Shown here: in pieces, positions 1-13,207 of the stretch
Layout: each line of letters starts with the position of its first letter
Numbering within the stretch: the first letter of the stretch is position 1
Assembly: GCF_006345805.1 (NCBI RefSeq)
Contig: NC_043004.1
Span: 44,454,001-44,518,000, forward strand
Direction of reading: 5' to 3'
DNA length: 64,000 bases
Source: Octopus sinensis
Taxonomy: Eukaryota
Made by a program: the position numbers and the translations under genes
Notes under the pieces: generated by a model
What the model was told of the DNA's origin: nothing
What the model saw: only the letters and a program-made list of their open reading frames with translations
The model's database searches: none

Positions 1-154
1 GCGAACCTTTGAAAAAGTCATCTGACGAAAGACATCTACACCGAAGGATGCACCACAAACATTTGTACAGTACCTCACCCGTGCTAGATGGGTTGAAACG
101 ATTATCGTGATTAATCAGGAATCTCCTTAATTCTATTTTCTGTTCTCTCATTTG

Positions 155-201
<47 letters not shown>

Positions 202-204
202 TAT

Positions 205-240
<36 letters not shown>
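1..240 (+). repeat. Diverged direct duplicate of 1112-1351
   Basis: ~150 bp of colinear unique sequence plus the same (TA)n then (GA)n; offset ~1110 bp. Confidence 0.9.
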
Positions 241-241
<1 letters not shown>

Positions 242-482
242 ATTAATAGATCATTTTAATTTTATACGTTATACATAAAATACGTTAAAGATAAGTAAAA
301 TATATGCTACACCATAGCTCTGTAAAATAATATTTTTTTTACAAGACAACATTTATCGACCACCACAAAGTTTTGCCTACATATCCTTTATCGAAGAGTT
401 CGATGAATGCTATGAGAAGATGAGAGAACTTGCAAATTCATTACTATAATTGTATATAAAATCAAACAATAGACACTCACAG

Positions 483-560
<78 letters not shown>

Positions 561-1111
561 GCATAGAAACGAAATAATAAAGCAAAGCATCAGCGCACAT
601 AAGCGTGCATACCCACGCACACCTATGTACACAATCTTAAAGTATGCTGCCGGACTTAAGCCACGTACATTATTCGAATTAAACACACGGTGAGATGTTA
701 TTCAACAGCGGAAACTGCCGCATAGTAGAAGGATTACTTCTCATAATTCATTCACCGAAATTTTAGCTCAGATCCCAAGGTATTACCGACTTTTTAACAT
801 AGGTTTTGATATTATAAATAGACAAATTTTCTTTCCTGAAAGACCTTTGAATGGTAAAAGACAACTTTTGTCTTATGAAGGAACCTAAGAAAACTGGTTT
901 AAAGGCTGAGATTTGGTAGTTTTAGCCTATCCGAAAACATGCATGGTTCGATTTGTGAGGTTAGAAGCAAAGAATGTGTTTCTTAAATAACGGAACATTC
1001 TGCGAGGAAAACACTTCACAAAGATTGATACGTAAGAAAGCTATGTGCAACCAACTACAGGCAAATAATGGCATGCACTATAATAGAACCAAGTAAAAGT
1101 GATTTTATTGA

Positions 1112-1263
1112 ACGAACCTTTCAAAAGACATCTGACGAAACACATGTACACCGAAGGATGCACCATGAATATTTGTACAATACTTCACCTGTGCAAGATG
1201 AGTTGAAACCATAATTGTGATTAATAACGAATCTCGTTAATTTTATTTTCTGTTCTTCCATTT

Positions 1264-1350
<87 letters not shown>

Positions 1351-1351
1351 C
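1112..1351 (+). repeat. Diverged direct duplicate of 1-240
   Basis: As above. Confidence 0.9.
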
Positions 1352-2236
1352 GGAAGAAAGAAAGTGAGTGATAGTGACAGTGAAATGATTGTGTTCTCAC
1401 ATATCCTGGATATTTTCTTTCAAGAATTCTCGTATTATATGTGGCAAAGTTTCAAACAATAAAATCTTAGGGTGGCACTCTGCTCCTCTTCGCAACTGAT
1501 GAACCATATGTATGAGATGTGCTGTCGGCAACATACTCGCAACAAGAATTTAAATTATCAAAATTCTCGTTAACAATGGTAAGAATTACATTGAAGCAAG
1601 ACCCATTGGTGTCACATTTTAGCAAGGAAAAAAATACTACATTTACAGAACCCCGAATTGAGGGCATAAGGCATGCTCTTTAAACAATATACTTTTATCG
1701 GCAGTTTGATTAATGTCATTCTACGTGTGAAAAACAATTTAATTTCAAGCAGAAATATATTCATGTGTGTTGGTATATATATATATTGAAAAGATGCAGA
1801 TAACAGATTCAGGCAGGTACCCTTCAAGCATTTTAGTATAATCCAAGTGTTATGATTAACCGCGTAGAATGGTAAGGAACAACTTAGGACTATTTAAAGT
1901 AAACAATCCGAATGTATTAAATTCGATGGGTGGTGGGTAAAATATGCTGTATATATGACTGTAATGATAAAATCTCTATATAATTCTCCTTATTTATTTG
2001 AATTGTCTTGGATATATAAACACCCCCCACAAACACGCAAACACGCACACAAACTCATACATACGCCGCTATATATAAATGTATAAAAATACAAACTGGG
2101 ACAAGAACGCAAAACAATTTAATGACGTCACAAAAAACATGGACGGGAAATTCGAAGCCTTCAATCTTCAGCCTTCAATGCATAGTTCGGCAATTTTTTG
2201 TAAATAAAATAAAATTATTTACGATTTGCTTTCCAT

Positions 2237-2237
<1 letters not shown>

Positions 2238-2307
<70 letters not shown>

Positions 2308-2400
2308 GTATATATATGTGTGTGTATATATATATATACATGTATATATATATGCATATATGTATATATATATATGTATATATGTTTGTATATATGTATG

Positions 2401-2431
<31 letters not shown>

Positions 2432-2573
2432 CATGTATATATAAATGTATACATATATACATGTATATACATATATGCATATATGTATATATATATGTAT
2501 GTATATATATATATATATATACATGTATATATATATATTTATATTTATATATACATATGTATATATGTATATA

Positions 2574-2605
<32 letters not shown>

Positions 2606-2622
2606 CTTACATATATATATAT

Positions 2623-2684
<62 letters not shown>

Positions 2685-2690
2685 TACTCA
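2238..2690. repeat. Degenerate (TA)n/(TATG)n microsatellite
   Basis: Direct reading; source of the YI-type ORFs. Confidence 0.97.
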
Positions 2691-2959
2691 CACATGAATA
2701 TACAATATGAATGGAGTTTTCTAAATTACAAAATTACTACCGAGTCCTTATTCTCTTTCTAATTCTAATTTCAATAGATTTCCTATCAGAAGAGACAACA
2801 GAGAATTCAATACAGACACAGAGGAAAAATATATATATGCAGCTTTTATTTTAAGTCAAATTATTAATCATTGTCTCTAGTATGGCTATATATATCAAAA
2901 ACCATTTACACACAGTATATGTATGTGTGTGAGAGAGAGAGAGAGAAAGAAAGCGTGTG

Positions 2960-2999
<40 letters not shown>

Positions 3000-3231
3000 T
3001 TATATAAATATTTATTTATATATATATATGTGTATGTGAATATAGATATGTGTGTGTTTAGAGCCTAAAACAACGGTTTTCATATATGAAAGCTCTCGTG
3101 ATTAATCACATAAACAGGAAACAAAAAGAAACCTTCAAAAGAAGACCATGCATTGTGTATTCATGCACACACATACACATATACGTCTCTCCCTCTCTAT
3201 GTATGTATGTATATTATACATATACATATAA

Positions 3232-3280
<49 letters not shown>

Positions 3281-3878
3281 TTATATTTCAGTATTGAGCG
3301 TAACTAAGGACTTCAGATGGAGTCGGAAAATGATATGCATACATAAATACATACATACATACGTACATAAAGACATACATACATACATACATACATGCAT
3401 GCAACCATGCTTGCGTGCATGCATGCATATATACATACATACATACATAAATGCATACATGTATACATACATATATACATACATACATTAATACTTACAT
3501 ACATACATTCATACTTACATGCTTAAAACATGCGTACGTACATACATTAGCTGGGATTAATTAATTAGTGAAATATTTTATATATATTTTCCTAGATATT
3601 TCTCTGCAACAATTGATATCTTTTTGTGTGTGGGTGTGTTTGTGTGTGTGTGTGTGTCTGTCTGTCTGTCTGTGTGTGTGTACTTGTGCATGGCAACAAG
3701 CCAACAAGTACAATGAATCGGATACAAAAGGCGTGTTTGTGAGCGAGAGAGAGAGTGAGAGAGTGAAAGAGAGAGTGAAAGTGAGAGAGAGAAAGAGAGT
3801 GAGAGAGAGAGTGTGAGAGTGAGAGAGTGTGTGAGAGTGAGAGACAGGGACAGACAGACAGACAGTATCTTCCAGGCA

Positions 3879-3912
<34 letters not shown>

Positions 3913-3921
3913 TATATAATA

Positions 3922-3975
<54 letters not shown>

Positions 3976-4162
3976 TTTGTGTATATATATATGCATATAT
4001 ATATAAACGTAAAAGACTTTTTCTATTCCTGAGCGTTATACTAATACATCTGTTTGTTTTGTACACCACCTGTCTTCGTCTTTTGTTTTTTCGTAAAATC
4101 TCCCTATACACACACACACACACACATATATTATATATATATTATATATATATATATATATA

Positions 4163-4228
<66 letters not shown>

Positions 4229-4630
4229 TGTATGTTTGTATGTATGTATGCATGCGTGTATGTATTGATACACATATATGGTGGGTTCTGCTCTACGCTT
4301 TTGTGGATGATAAGCAATGAATTGTTAAACCAAGCGATTTGCGATTCCTGGAATTCATGCGAATGTGCACGGATACACGAACACTGGACGTATTTTTCAA
4401 GTGGTTTCTACTTAACATATACGGTGAAGCTGGACTTTAGAGCTGCAGCCGTAATTTTAAAGGCCTGAAACATACCAGTACAGGATCGAGGTTTTTACTA
4501 ATGTAGACCTAGTTTATTATTTATGGCTCCTAAAAAAATTTATTTCATCTCTGAGGGGCAAAACTTTGAGATGTATGCTTTAGAAGGTCGTTCTAGTCGA
4601 CTGTGCTTTTTTTTTCTTTTTGAAAATTAT

Positions 4631-5049
4631 GGGACAAGTGTCTTCTACTATAGCCTCGAGCCGACCAAAGCCTTGTGAGTGGATTTGGTAGACGGAAACT
4701 GAAAGGAGCCCGTCGTATATATGTATATATATAATATAATATATATATATATATATAATATATATATATAATATATATATATGTTAGTTAGTTAGTTAGT
4801 TAATTTGGCTCAAAAGCAGATAGCAAGGCCATGTAGGGGGACATGGAGTTAAGTACAGGGTGGTGTTCATGTAAAGAGTTCAGGCCACTTGAGGTCCAGG
4901 GAGGCTTTGAACAAAGCGGTCGTCGGCATCTTCACCATCTCATCTGGCAGCTTGTTCCACGGATCCGCAACCCGGACGGAGAAAGCTCCTCTCCTTCGAT
5001 TGAGATGAAATCGTCGCAGGTAGAGCTTTTCGGAATGACCCCGCATATA

Positions 5050-5093
<44 letters not shown>

Positions 5094-5305
5094 CGCATGA
5101 TTGAGTGTCTGTGTTTGTCCCCCTAGCATTGCTTGACAACCGAAGCTGGTGTGTTTACGTCGCCGTCACTTATCGGTTCGGCAAAAGAGACCGATAGAAT
5201 AAGTAGTGGGCTAACAAAGAATAAATCCTGGGGTTGATTTGCTCGACTAAAGGCGATGCTCCAGCATGGCCGCAGTCAAATGACTGAAACAAGTAAAAGA
5301 GAGAG
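4631..5305 (+). mobile_element. SINE family A (5'-truncated, interrupted by CR1 fragment)
   Basis: CAAGTGTCTTCTACTATAGCC..GGAAACTGAAAG left half, internal TA/TG tract, right half ..GACTAAAGGCGATGCTCCAGCATGGCCGCAGTC..GTAAAAGA. Confidence 0.9.
4783..5044 (-). mobile_element. 3' terminal fragment of a second CR1-group LINE
   Basis: RGHSEKL..RRGAFSVRVADPWNKLP..FKASLD is a CR1 ORF2 C-terminus, stop at 4867. 3'UTR stem-loop CCATGT-ccccct-ACATGG and terminal (CTAA)n. Confidence 0.88.
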
Positions 5306-5602
5306 TATTAGAGATATACTTGAAATTGGTAATTTCGCATCGGTAATTAATATTGCTGGTATATTTGTTGCTCTTCGCTTATGATTATTTTCTGTATTTA
5401 AAGTGCATTTCTTTATCTATCTGTCTAGTTACAGCAGTAGAGTATTTTGATAGATAATATATATTTCGTGTTTCTGCTTTCCTTTCCTTGTGTGTGTGGT
5501 GAAGAAAGGTAAAATATTTGGTGTATTTGCATAGTTTTGTGTTCTTCGTATTTCCCGAATATTTATTACTTTGGAACCTATTATTGTAATAAATTAATTA
5601 CG

Positions 5603-5832
5603 TTACTCTTTACTCATTACTCTCTTTTACTCTTTTACTAGTTTCTTTTACTAGGTTCTGCGGTCATGCTGGAGCACCACCTTTAGTCTACCCCAGGACT
5701 TATTCTTTGGAAGTCTAGTACTTATTCTATCGGTCTCTTTCGCCGAACCGCTAAGTAAAGGGGACGTAAACACACCAGTATCGGTTGTCAAGTGATGTTG
5801 GGTGGGGGACAAACACACACACACAAAAATAT

Positions 5833-5865
<33 letters not shown>

Positions 5866-5888
5866 CGTACACACACACACACACACAC

Positions 5889-5957
<69 letters not shown>

Positions 5958-6082
5958 ACCAAATCCACTCACAAGGCTTTGGTCGACCCGAGGCTATAGT
6001 AGAAGACAATTGCCCAAGGTGCCACGCAGTGGGAATGAACCGGGAACCAGGTGGTTGGTGGTAAGCAAGCTACTTACCACAG
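5603..6082 (-). mobile_element. SINE family A
   Basis: Reverse complement of the family A head, CORE-like box, microsatellite and (GTAAAAGA)n tail. Confidence 0.9.
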
Positions 6083-6479
6083 AACCTCTTTTAAGAGACA
6101 TTTGTTTCGGTTTTTCTTATTCTTGAAGAATTATTTCTAGTATTCAAAATGCCAACTCGATTAATTATATTCTTCGTGCGACGCTAAAAGAACACATTCA
6201 TTTTCTTAAGTCCTGGGTGTAAAGAAGTAAATGTTAAGTATTGTTTACATGTTACTTACGTATTGTTCATAGTGCGTATCGGTTTCGATACTTGAGTTTA
6301 TTTTTCCTACTTAGTGTATCCTGTGGGTGTAGCTGATTTATAATGCATCTCTTTTAGAACTGTATGTTATTATTTTAGGTTTTGAAATCGTAGAATACAG
6401 TCGAGAATGTGGGTGCTCAGACTGAAGGGCACAGACTGTTTCCCGTTTCGTAATAGAATATCTCTGGAATCTTTTGTCC

Positions 6480-6775
6480 TGAATGACAATAGGATTGCGA
6501 CTTGAAAGTCCCCCCACCCCAATGCACAACTCCGGGCAAACCTTTTGTATGAAAGACCAGCTTCCCGTCTCCACACCAACAATTTTATCCAGGGGAAATG
6601 CAAAGGCTGTTACAAATTGGCACCAGTGCCCTCGAAACTCATTTCTACAACCGAGTGAACTGCAGCAACGTGTAATAAAGTCTCTTGCTCAAGTACACAA
6701 CACACTCCTTGCTCCGGGAATGGAACTCACTACCTCATGATTGTGAGCCTGACGCCCCAGCCACTGAGTACTGCG
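6480..6775 (-). mobile_element. Old tRNA-derived SINE, family D (V-domain-like centre)
   Basis: Minus strand: GCAGTACTCAGTGGCTGGGGCG..GAGTTCCATTCC head, then GTTGTGTACTTGAGCAAGAGACTTT. The 3' boundary is uncertain. Confidence 0.55.
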
Positions 6776-7297
6776 ACGTCGAATTCCTAAGCTGGGCATT
6801 AGATTACATCATTGTTTGTCAACTGGAGCCCACATAACCCTTGGAGTAGTGGGGGTTCACATAACATTTTGTTAAAATTTATGCACAATAAATCGATTAT
6901 ACTTTTATAATAGACAAAATATTTTAACAATTGTTTCCATACAATTCATGATATCTAATTCTAAAAATATTATAAGATTTTTAAGACATTGAATGGCTAT
7001 ATGGGTCCACCTGAATAAAATGGGAAGCAAACAGTTCCATACGCAAAGAATGGTTCACACTTGTCTAGATTGCTCATAAATATCTGGACAAGTTTTTACA
7101 CATAAAAATGTGCATGTTCTCAGAAATTTATCGGAAGATCACCACAAGCGATATCTTAAGCTTATTTGATCCCCTCTATGAGTAACAATCACGGGCATTC
7201 TGAGCTAATGCGTTCTGATATAAAAATCAATAATCAACCTTTCATTGATTTGTGCAAAAGCTGACCAAGCTAGAATTTTATTAGGTTTAACTTCTAA

Positions 7298-7458
7298 CGA
7301 GGGAATAAGTAGATTAGATCGACTCCAGTGTTTGACTGATACATATTTTATCGACGCCGAAATGATGAAAGTCAACCTCGATGATATTTGAACTCAGATC
7401 GTGAAGACGAAATGCCGCTAAACATTTTGCACAACGTGCTAACGATTCTGCCAGCTCA
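7298..7458 (-). mobile_element. SINE family B, old copy
   Basis: Minus strand GAGCTGGCAGAATCGTTAGCACG..GAGTTCAAAT..GTCGATAAAA. Confidence 0.82.
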
Positions 7459-7687
7459 GAAGTGTGCAATATTCTGCCAGCTCAGAAGCTGCAATATTTT
7501 GTCTAAAAGAAGCTTCACGTTGAGACTAAAAACACAAAACTCGATAGCAGGTCTCGATTTGACCATTACATTTAGAAATTGATGAGGTGTAATGATGCTG
7601 AATACGAATATATATTTGAACACATACACATATACACATGCACGTACACAAACACACACACATTGTTAGTTCTCTTAATATCAACAA

Positions 7688-7810
7688 CGCGGTGAGCTGG
7701 CAGAATCGTTACCATGTCAGAGAAGATGCTTTCCGTTCGGAGTTCACATTTCGCATTAGACGACTTTGCTTTTCATTCTTTCGTAACTGATCAAATAAGT
7801 ACCACCAACT
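7688..7810 (+). mobile_element. SINE family B, old partial copy
   Basis: GCGGTGAGCTGGCAGAATCGTTA..GGAGTTCAC..GACTTTGCTTTTCATTCTTTCG..AAGTACC. Confidence 0.75.
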
Positions 7811-7835
7811 TTCCCTCTATATATGCGTATGTATG

Positions 7836-7889
<54 letters not shown>

Positions 7890-8620
7890 CTAGTTTCCCC
7901 TGTGCCTCTGAGAACCTAATTTATGTAATAACCTGCTAGGGTTGCGGACACCACTATATTGGACAAACGAGTATGGCCTTGAGAAAGAGAACCACTCTAC
8001 CTAAAGAGCAAATTCGTTCGCCGCAATACAGACAAATTCCTCTCAGTGAACAGTTAGAAAAATGTGCTTGCAACATCAAACCAAATTTCACAATCTTCCC
8101 TTACTACCAGTGCAAAAATGAACGTTTAAATAAAGAAATGTTTTTCGTTGAAAAATACAAAACACGTCTTAATATGCACGCATAACCAACTTCTTATCTT
8201 TTTACATATTTCAGTTCACGATTACATCACTGTACATAAATCCCCTACTAAACAAGATTTTGAAACTTGTCTCTGTCTGTACACATATATAATCCCCACC
8301 TATTACCGAAAGCTGAACTGTTCTCTACCTTATCCACAACAATAACAATAATAACGACAACCAATTACCTCCCTTTATTTATCTACTTGTGAAGTCATTC
8401 ACTCGTGAATTTCATCACACACAACATGGACCAAATTTCTTCTTAAGAAAAGATATATATTCAATTAAGTAAAACATAATATCATGAATAGCGACAGCGA
8501 AACCGGTCGATATATTAAAAATTATATTAAAACTATGTAAGTGTGCGTATTTTCCTTTTTTAATTTCTTATATACATTACAACTCACAACGTGAGGATAA
8601 TCTAAATTCCTCTTTTTTGT

Positions 8621-8654
<34 letters not shown>

Positions 8655-9059
8655 ATATATTGATAGATGTGTGTATACATATTTAAATATAATGATATAT
8701 ATATACACACATGTATATAATGAAGAGCAACGAACACGTACTCACAAACACACACACGCATACACACATACACGACATATGTCTACTCCAGCACAGTCTC
8801 TACTAAATGCATTTGGACTGTAATAACTTTACTATAATCACTGACATGTTTTAGCGTCTCAAATGAGAATACCAATTGCTTTACAGCTGTGAATGTCTCG
8901 CATGTCAACAGCACAAAATTTTAAATCAAAAGGAAGCACCAATGATTAAAGGTTCCATTATATCCAGTATACACAAATGATTTTGTTGCCGAAGGAATGC
9001 AACAAAAATCATCCAACATTATTAAGGAGTTTCCATTGGCACAGTATTTAACTACACTA

Positions 9060-9270
9060 AGGCGGTGACCTAACAGAATCGTTAGCACGCCGAAAGAAAT
9101 GCTTAGCGGCATTTCGTCCGTCCTTAACATTCGGAGTTGAAATTCGCCCGAGGTCGACTCTACCTTTCAGCCTTTCAGGGTCGATAAAATAAAGTCGATT
9201 ATTGTGGTCGATCTAATCTGTTTCCCAACTCGAAATTGCTGGCCTTGTGCCAAAAACTAAAACCAATATA
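9060..9270 (+). mobile_element. SINE family B, tail type 1
   Basis: Full head and centre, then tail AAATTGCTGGCCTTGTGCCAAAA. Confidence 0.82.
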
Positions 9271-9489
9271 ATTCTAGGCTGGTCAGCTTTTGCACAAATC
9301 AGTGAAAAACTGGTTCTTGATTTCCATGTCAGACTGAATATGTTTCTCCTTAGCTCAGAATGCCTGTGGTTGTTAGTTATAGATGGTAGCAAATATGCTT
9401 GAAGTACTGTCTGTGGTGATCTCCCGATAAATTTCTTAGATAATACACATATTTATGTATACAAACTGGTTGAAATATTTCAATTATGC

Positions 9490-9577
9490 ACCAGTAAAAT
9501 ACTTGGGTCGATGTAAATGACTGAAACACTCCCCTCCAAATTGCGGGCCTTGTTCCTATGTTAGAAAGCATTATTTA
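9490..9577 (+). mobile_element. SINE family B 3' fragment, tail type 1
   Basis: ACCAGTAAAATACTTGGGTCGATGTAA..CCAAATTGCGGGCCTTG. Confidence 0.65.
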
Positions 9578-10317
9578 ACAAAACTGTGAAAATTCCAGCT
9601 AATCGCCAAATTCCGTTGTTTTACTTAGATAAATACATTTATGTATACAAATTACATATGCCCCAAATCTTGCGTAATACATTTTTGTGTGAAAAAAATC
9701 CGTGTTAAATTATATGCAGGCTTGCCTCAATTGTAGTCAGGCGAAGGAGACGTGATAGACTGAAACATGTCCTTATTTGACTTATTCTTGTATAAAAATT
9801 TAACACTTTCCATCTTCGAAGCACTGTGAATTAATAACTAATTTCGTATCATCTTTTTTTGCATTTGAGAATCGTTGCCAATTGCCGCCAGAAATTTACT
9901 AAATTAGAAGGGAAAATATAATTCGTTTATAATGTCGTTTTAATACCGCACTCATTACAACATTCTTTAATTTGATTAGTTTATACATTTGGTTTTTTTT
10001 TTAGAGATAAACATTTGCAGAAAGGCTTTTGAAATGTATTTGTGTGTGTGTGTGTGTGTGTGTATGGGGGGGTACACACACATATATTTATATATATGTG
10101 GTCGTCTAATCCTCATGCACAAAAAGGTCACTACGATTAACTTTCTCAATCACAACATTCTTTTGTAAGTTTCTCTTGAGCTTTGCATGTGTTATTCTGG
10201 CCACCTGAAAAGATGTCACTCCACTCCACACTCTTAGACTACGGTAGAACGTCTCGAGGAAATATCTCCTGTAGACAATAAACACTAAAGGGCACAAACT
10301 ATCGGTATCGTATGTGT

Positions 10318-10960
10318 TGAGTACACTTTTGCATTTCTTAGGAGTGTCTTACGTGATTTGTGTAGTCTTTTGCATTGGAGGAGTTTATGTGTATTCAGAA
10401 TGTTGTTCATTTTCGGGTCTTGAGTGGGCAGAGGGAGATTTTGTGCAATTGTGTTGTATGCTTCATTGTTTCTGGTGTTGTGCGCTAATATGCATGGGAG
10501 TGATTTAAAGTGAGGGGTGGTGTTTTATTTTCTTGTCCTTAGCATGTTTGTGTCCAAATTTTTGGCACGTTTAATTTCGTGGATTATAAATCGGGTGAGT
10601 ATTTATGTTCAATGAGTGTTATTTTGAAGTCTTGTAGGCAAAGTTCCCGAGTAGTTGCAACATATGCAATTGTACAGGTCCTTTTTGCTAAATTGGATAG
10701 GATATTTATTTTTGTGTGTTTGGGATGGCATGAGCTGAAAAGGAGATGCTGTTTTGAGTCTGTTGGTTTGTAGATGCTGGTTGCAACTAGGTTGTTGGAT
10801 ATTTTTATAATCAAAATGTCCAGAAATGGGAGCTGTTCATTGCTATATTCCATTGTAAATTGAATATTGGAGCTTATATTGTTTAGTGTAGATTTGAAGT
10901 CCAGAGGTTTATCACAGATTTCCTTCCAGATGATATAACAACATCCGATTTAGGTTGGAT
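10318..10960 (-). mobile_element. Penelope-like element RT/thumb remnant
   Basis: LNNISSNIQFTME, LPFLDILI, IYKPTDSKQHLLFSSCHPKHTK, LAKRTCTI, then linker LPCILAHN..NLP..QDPKM..CKR, with stops. Confidence 0.85.
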
Positions 10961-11011
10961 GTAGTAATTAATATTGGTTGCCAGGCCTCTTCTGTCACGA
11001 ATACTTACTGT

Positions 11012-11069
<58 letters not shown>

Positions 11070-11119
11070 TATATATATATTATATATATATATATATATA
11101 ATATATATTATATATTATA

Positions 11120-11197
<78 letters not shown>

Positions 11198-11270
11198 TTG
11201 TGTGTCTGTGTCTGTGTGTGTCTGTGTGTGTCTGTGTGTGTATGTATAGATAGATAGATAGATAGGCATT

Positions 11271-11305
<35 letters not shown>

Positions 11306-11312
11306 TATATAT

Positions 11313-11345
<33 letters not shown>

Positions 11346-13207
11346 CAGACAGGGAGAAACGAAGAAATATAGACGGTTACGTAGGCAGATAGACAGAAAA
11401 ACAGACAAACATCAGGCAAGCAGGCAGACATATATTTATATGCTCGCTTTCGATATAAACTTCGTTTCATCCTAATTTCAAACACGAGCAAACTTTCAAT
11501 TATTTCATAATATAGTTTTCAATTTCATCAACAAGAATAGCTATATAGTTAATAGAGAATTTATTTCATATACATGCTTGATTCAATTCTTGCTTAACTT
11601 TCCATATAAGTAAATTAATTCCAACTTTTAACTCATCGATAAAAAGTTTAACCTCATTATTCATACATTTCGATAACTTTCAGCTGTTACAAAATTTGCT
11701 CATAAGTTTCAAAACAACAATGGAAGAAAATTCGCTCCTTTCTTTTACATATATACTTCTAGTTATCTTTCAAAATAATTAGATTAATTGCGGTTTCAAA
11801 GTTTTCCTCGAAATTATTCAATTAGGCGAAATTCTAATTACTTACTATTAGGTATTTCATCATTGATCATATGATAATTCATGCATCGTTCATTGAGTCC
11901 TCATTAATGCTATGTTTTTCTCTTCCGTCTCGTCAACTAATGTCGGAAATCCACTCGACAATAATAAATGTTACGTACTTTATTTTCATTAAGTAACCAC
12001 TTCATTGTCAGATGTTTTTTAAATATATTTATGGCAATTAAATTATATATTTCTTTTAATAACGCATCAGAAAGTCTCCTGACAAAGGGGACATATTTCA
12101 AGTAAATGAGTTATACAGGTATACGTATTTCATTTTTTCTTATAGATTCTTCACTCAATCAAATCTACTGCATACAGCTATGCAGTCTCACGTTCCATTA
12201 AGCTTCCCATCTATATTCTTCGATGAAGTGAAATCCACTTTTTTCAATCATTCATATAACTCTCTTCAATAAATAATTTTCTATTGTAGCATATTTTCCA
12301 TTAGCATCTTTTTTTTCACATGCGTATATTTCTTACAATCACGATAAATACACTGAGCACTTCACTACAACATCCAGCAACCTATCTATATTTAGAGACG
12401 GGGGGGAATACAAACATTTTCCTATACGGGCATATACTTTGTTGTTTTTCCATTACAATTGTTCCGTTCATACATCATTTCAGTCATTTCCGTGCTTGTT
12501 GTTTCAATAAAAATTTTCATTTTTAGCTCTTAAAACCTGTTTAGAGTTGCATATTTCAAGATAAATTAAGATGTGAGACAGGAGAAATACAAAGCCTAAG
12601 ACAGCATCAACGTAGCCACAACAGCCATTGAAAACAAGTGTCATGTGAAAGATAAGAATCATGACTGGATTGTTTTACTCCAGTTTCTAGATCAAAACGT
12701 ATTAACCTTATAATAAACTATATAAGCTAGATATCAAAGAAGATTATCTTTAAAGACTATTGTTCAAGCGATTTTATTACATGTAGCTGACTGCACAAAT
12801 TGAATGTGTAGTTTCACATCCATGACATTAGCAGAAAAATCATTCACGGTAGAATTGGGCTCGCCTAAAATCTCTCCTTTCCTCAGGAGGTAACTACTTT
12901 CCGTTTACGCTATCAATTACATTAGCAATAAGGAGGGCTATAACTTACAAACTGAAGCTCTTGACAACAATTGCACTATATTTAGTAAAGTCCCTGCTCT
13001 TATATGGGAAGCCGTATGCATCTTTCTCTAAAATGTGTAAAGGTAAACAGGTTTCAAAATGTTCACATCAAAAGGAGAAAGAACAACTGAAAATACGAGG
13101 ATGTTTAATAATAAGAAGGTTAAAGTAATGTTTAAAATTACGTAACAAAACACGAAAAAGTAAACATCAAATAAAATAATCTTCCCTGTATTGTTTCAGT
13201 TTTATCA

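Noticed and set aside
1031-1213. Open frame with ATNYRQI, resembling the RT NYRPI motif
   Set aside because: No other RT motifs, and the differences from the duplicate at 1-110 are mostly non-synonymous.
2140-2172. CTGAAGA..CGAAT on the minus strand as a hammerhead
   Set aside because: GAAT instead of GAAA, no stem I; explained by a short ATTGAAGGCT tandem duplication.
11430-12330. Possible decayed transposase on the minus strand (LVDETE)
   Set aside because: A single short motif in stop-riddled frames; needs a profile search.
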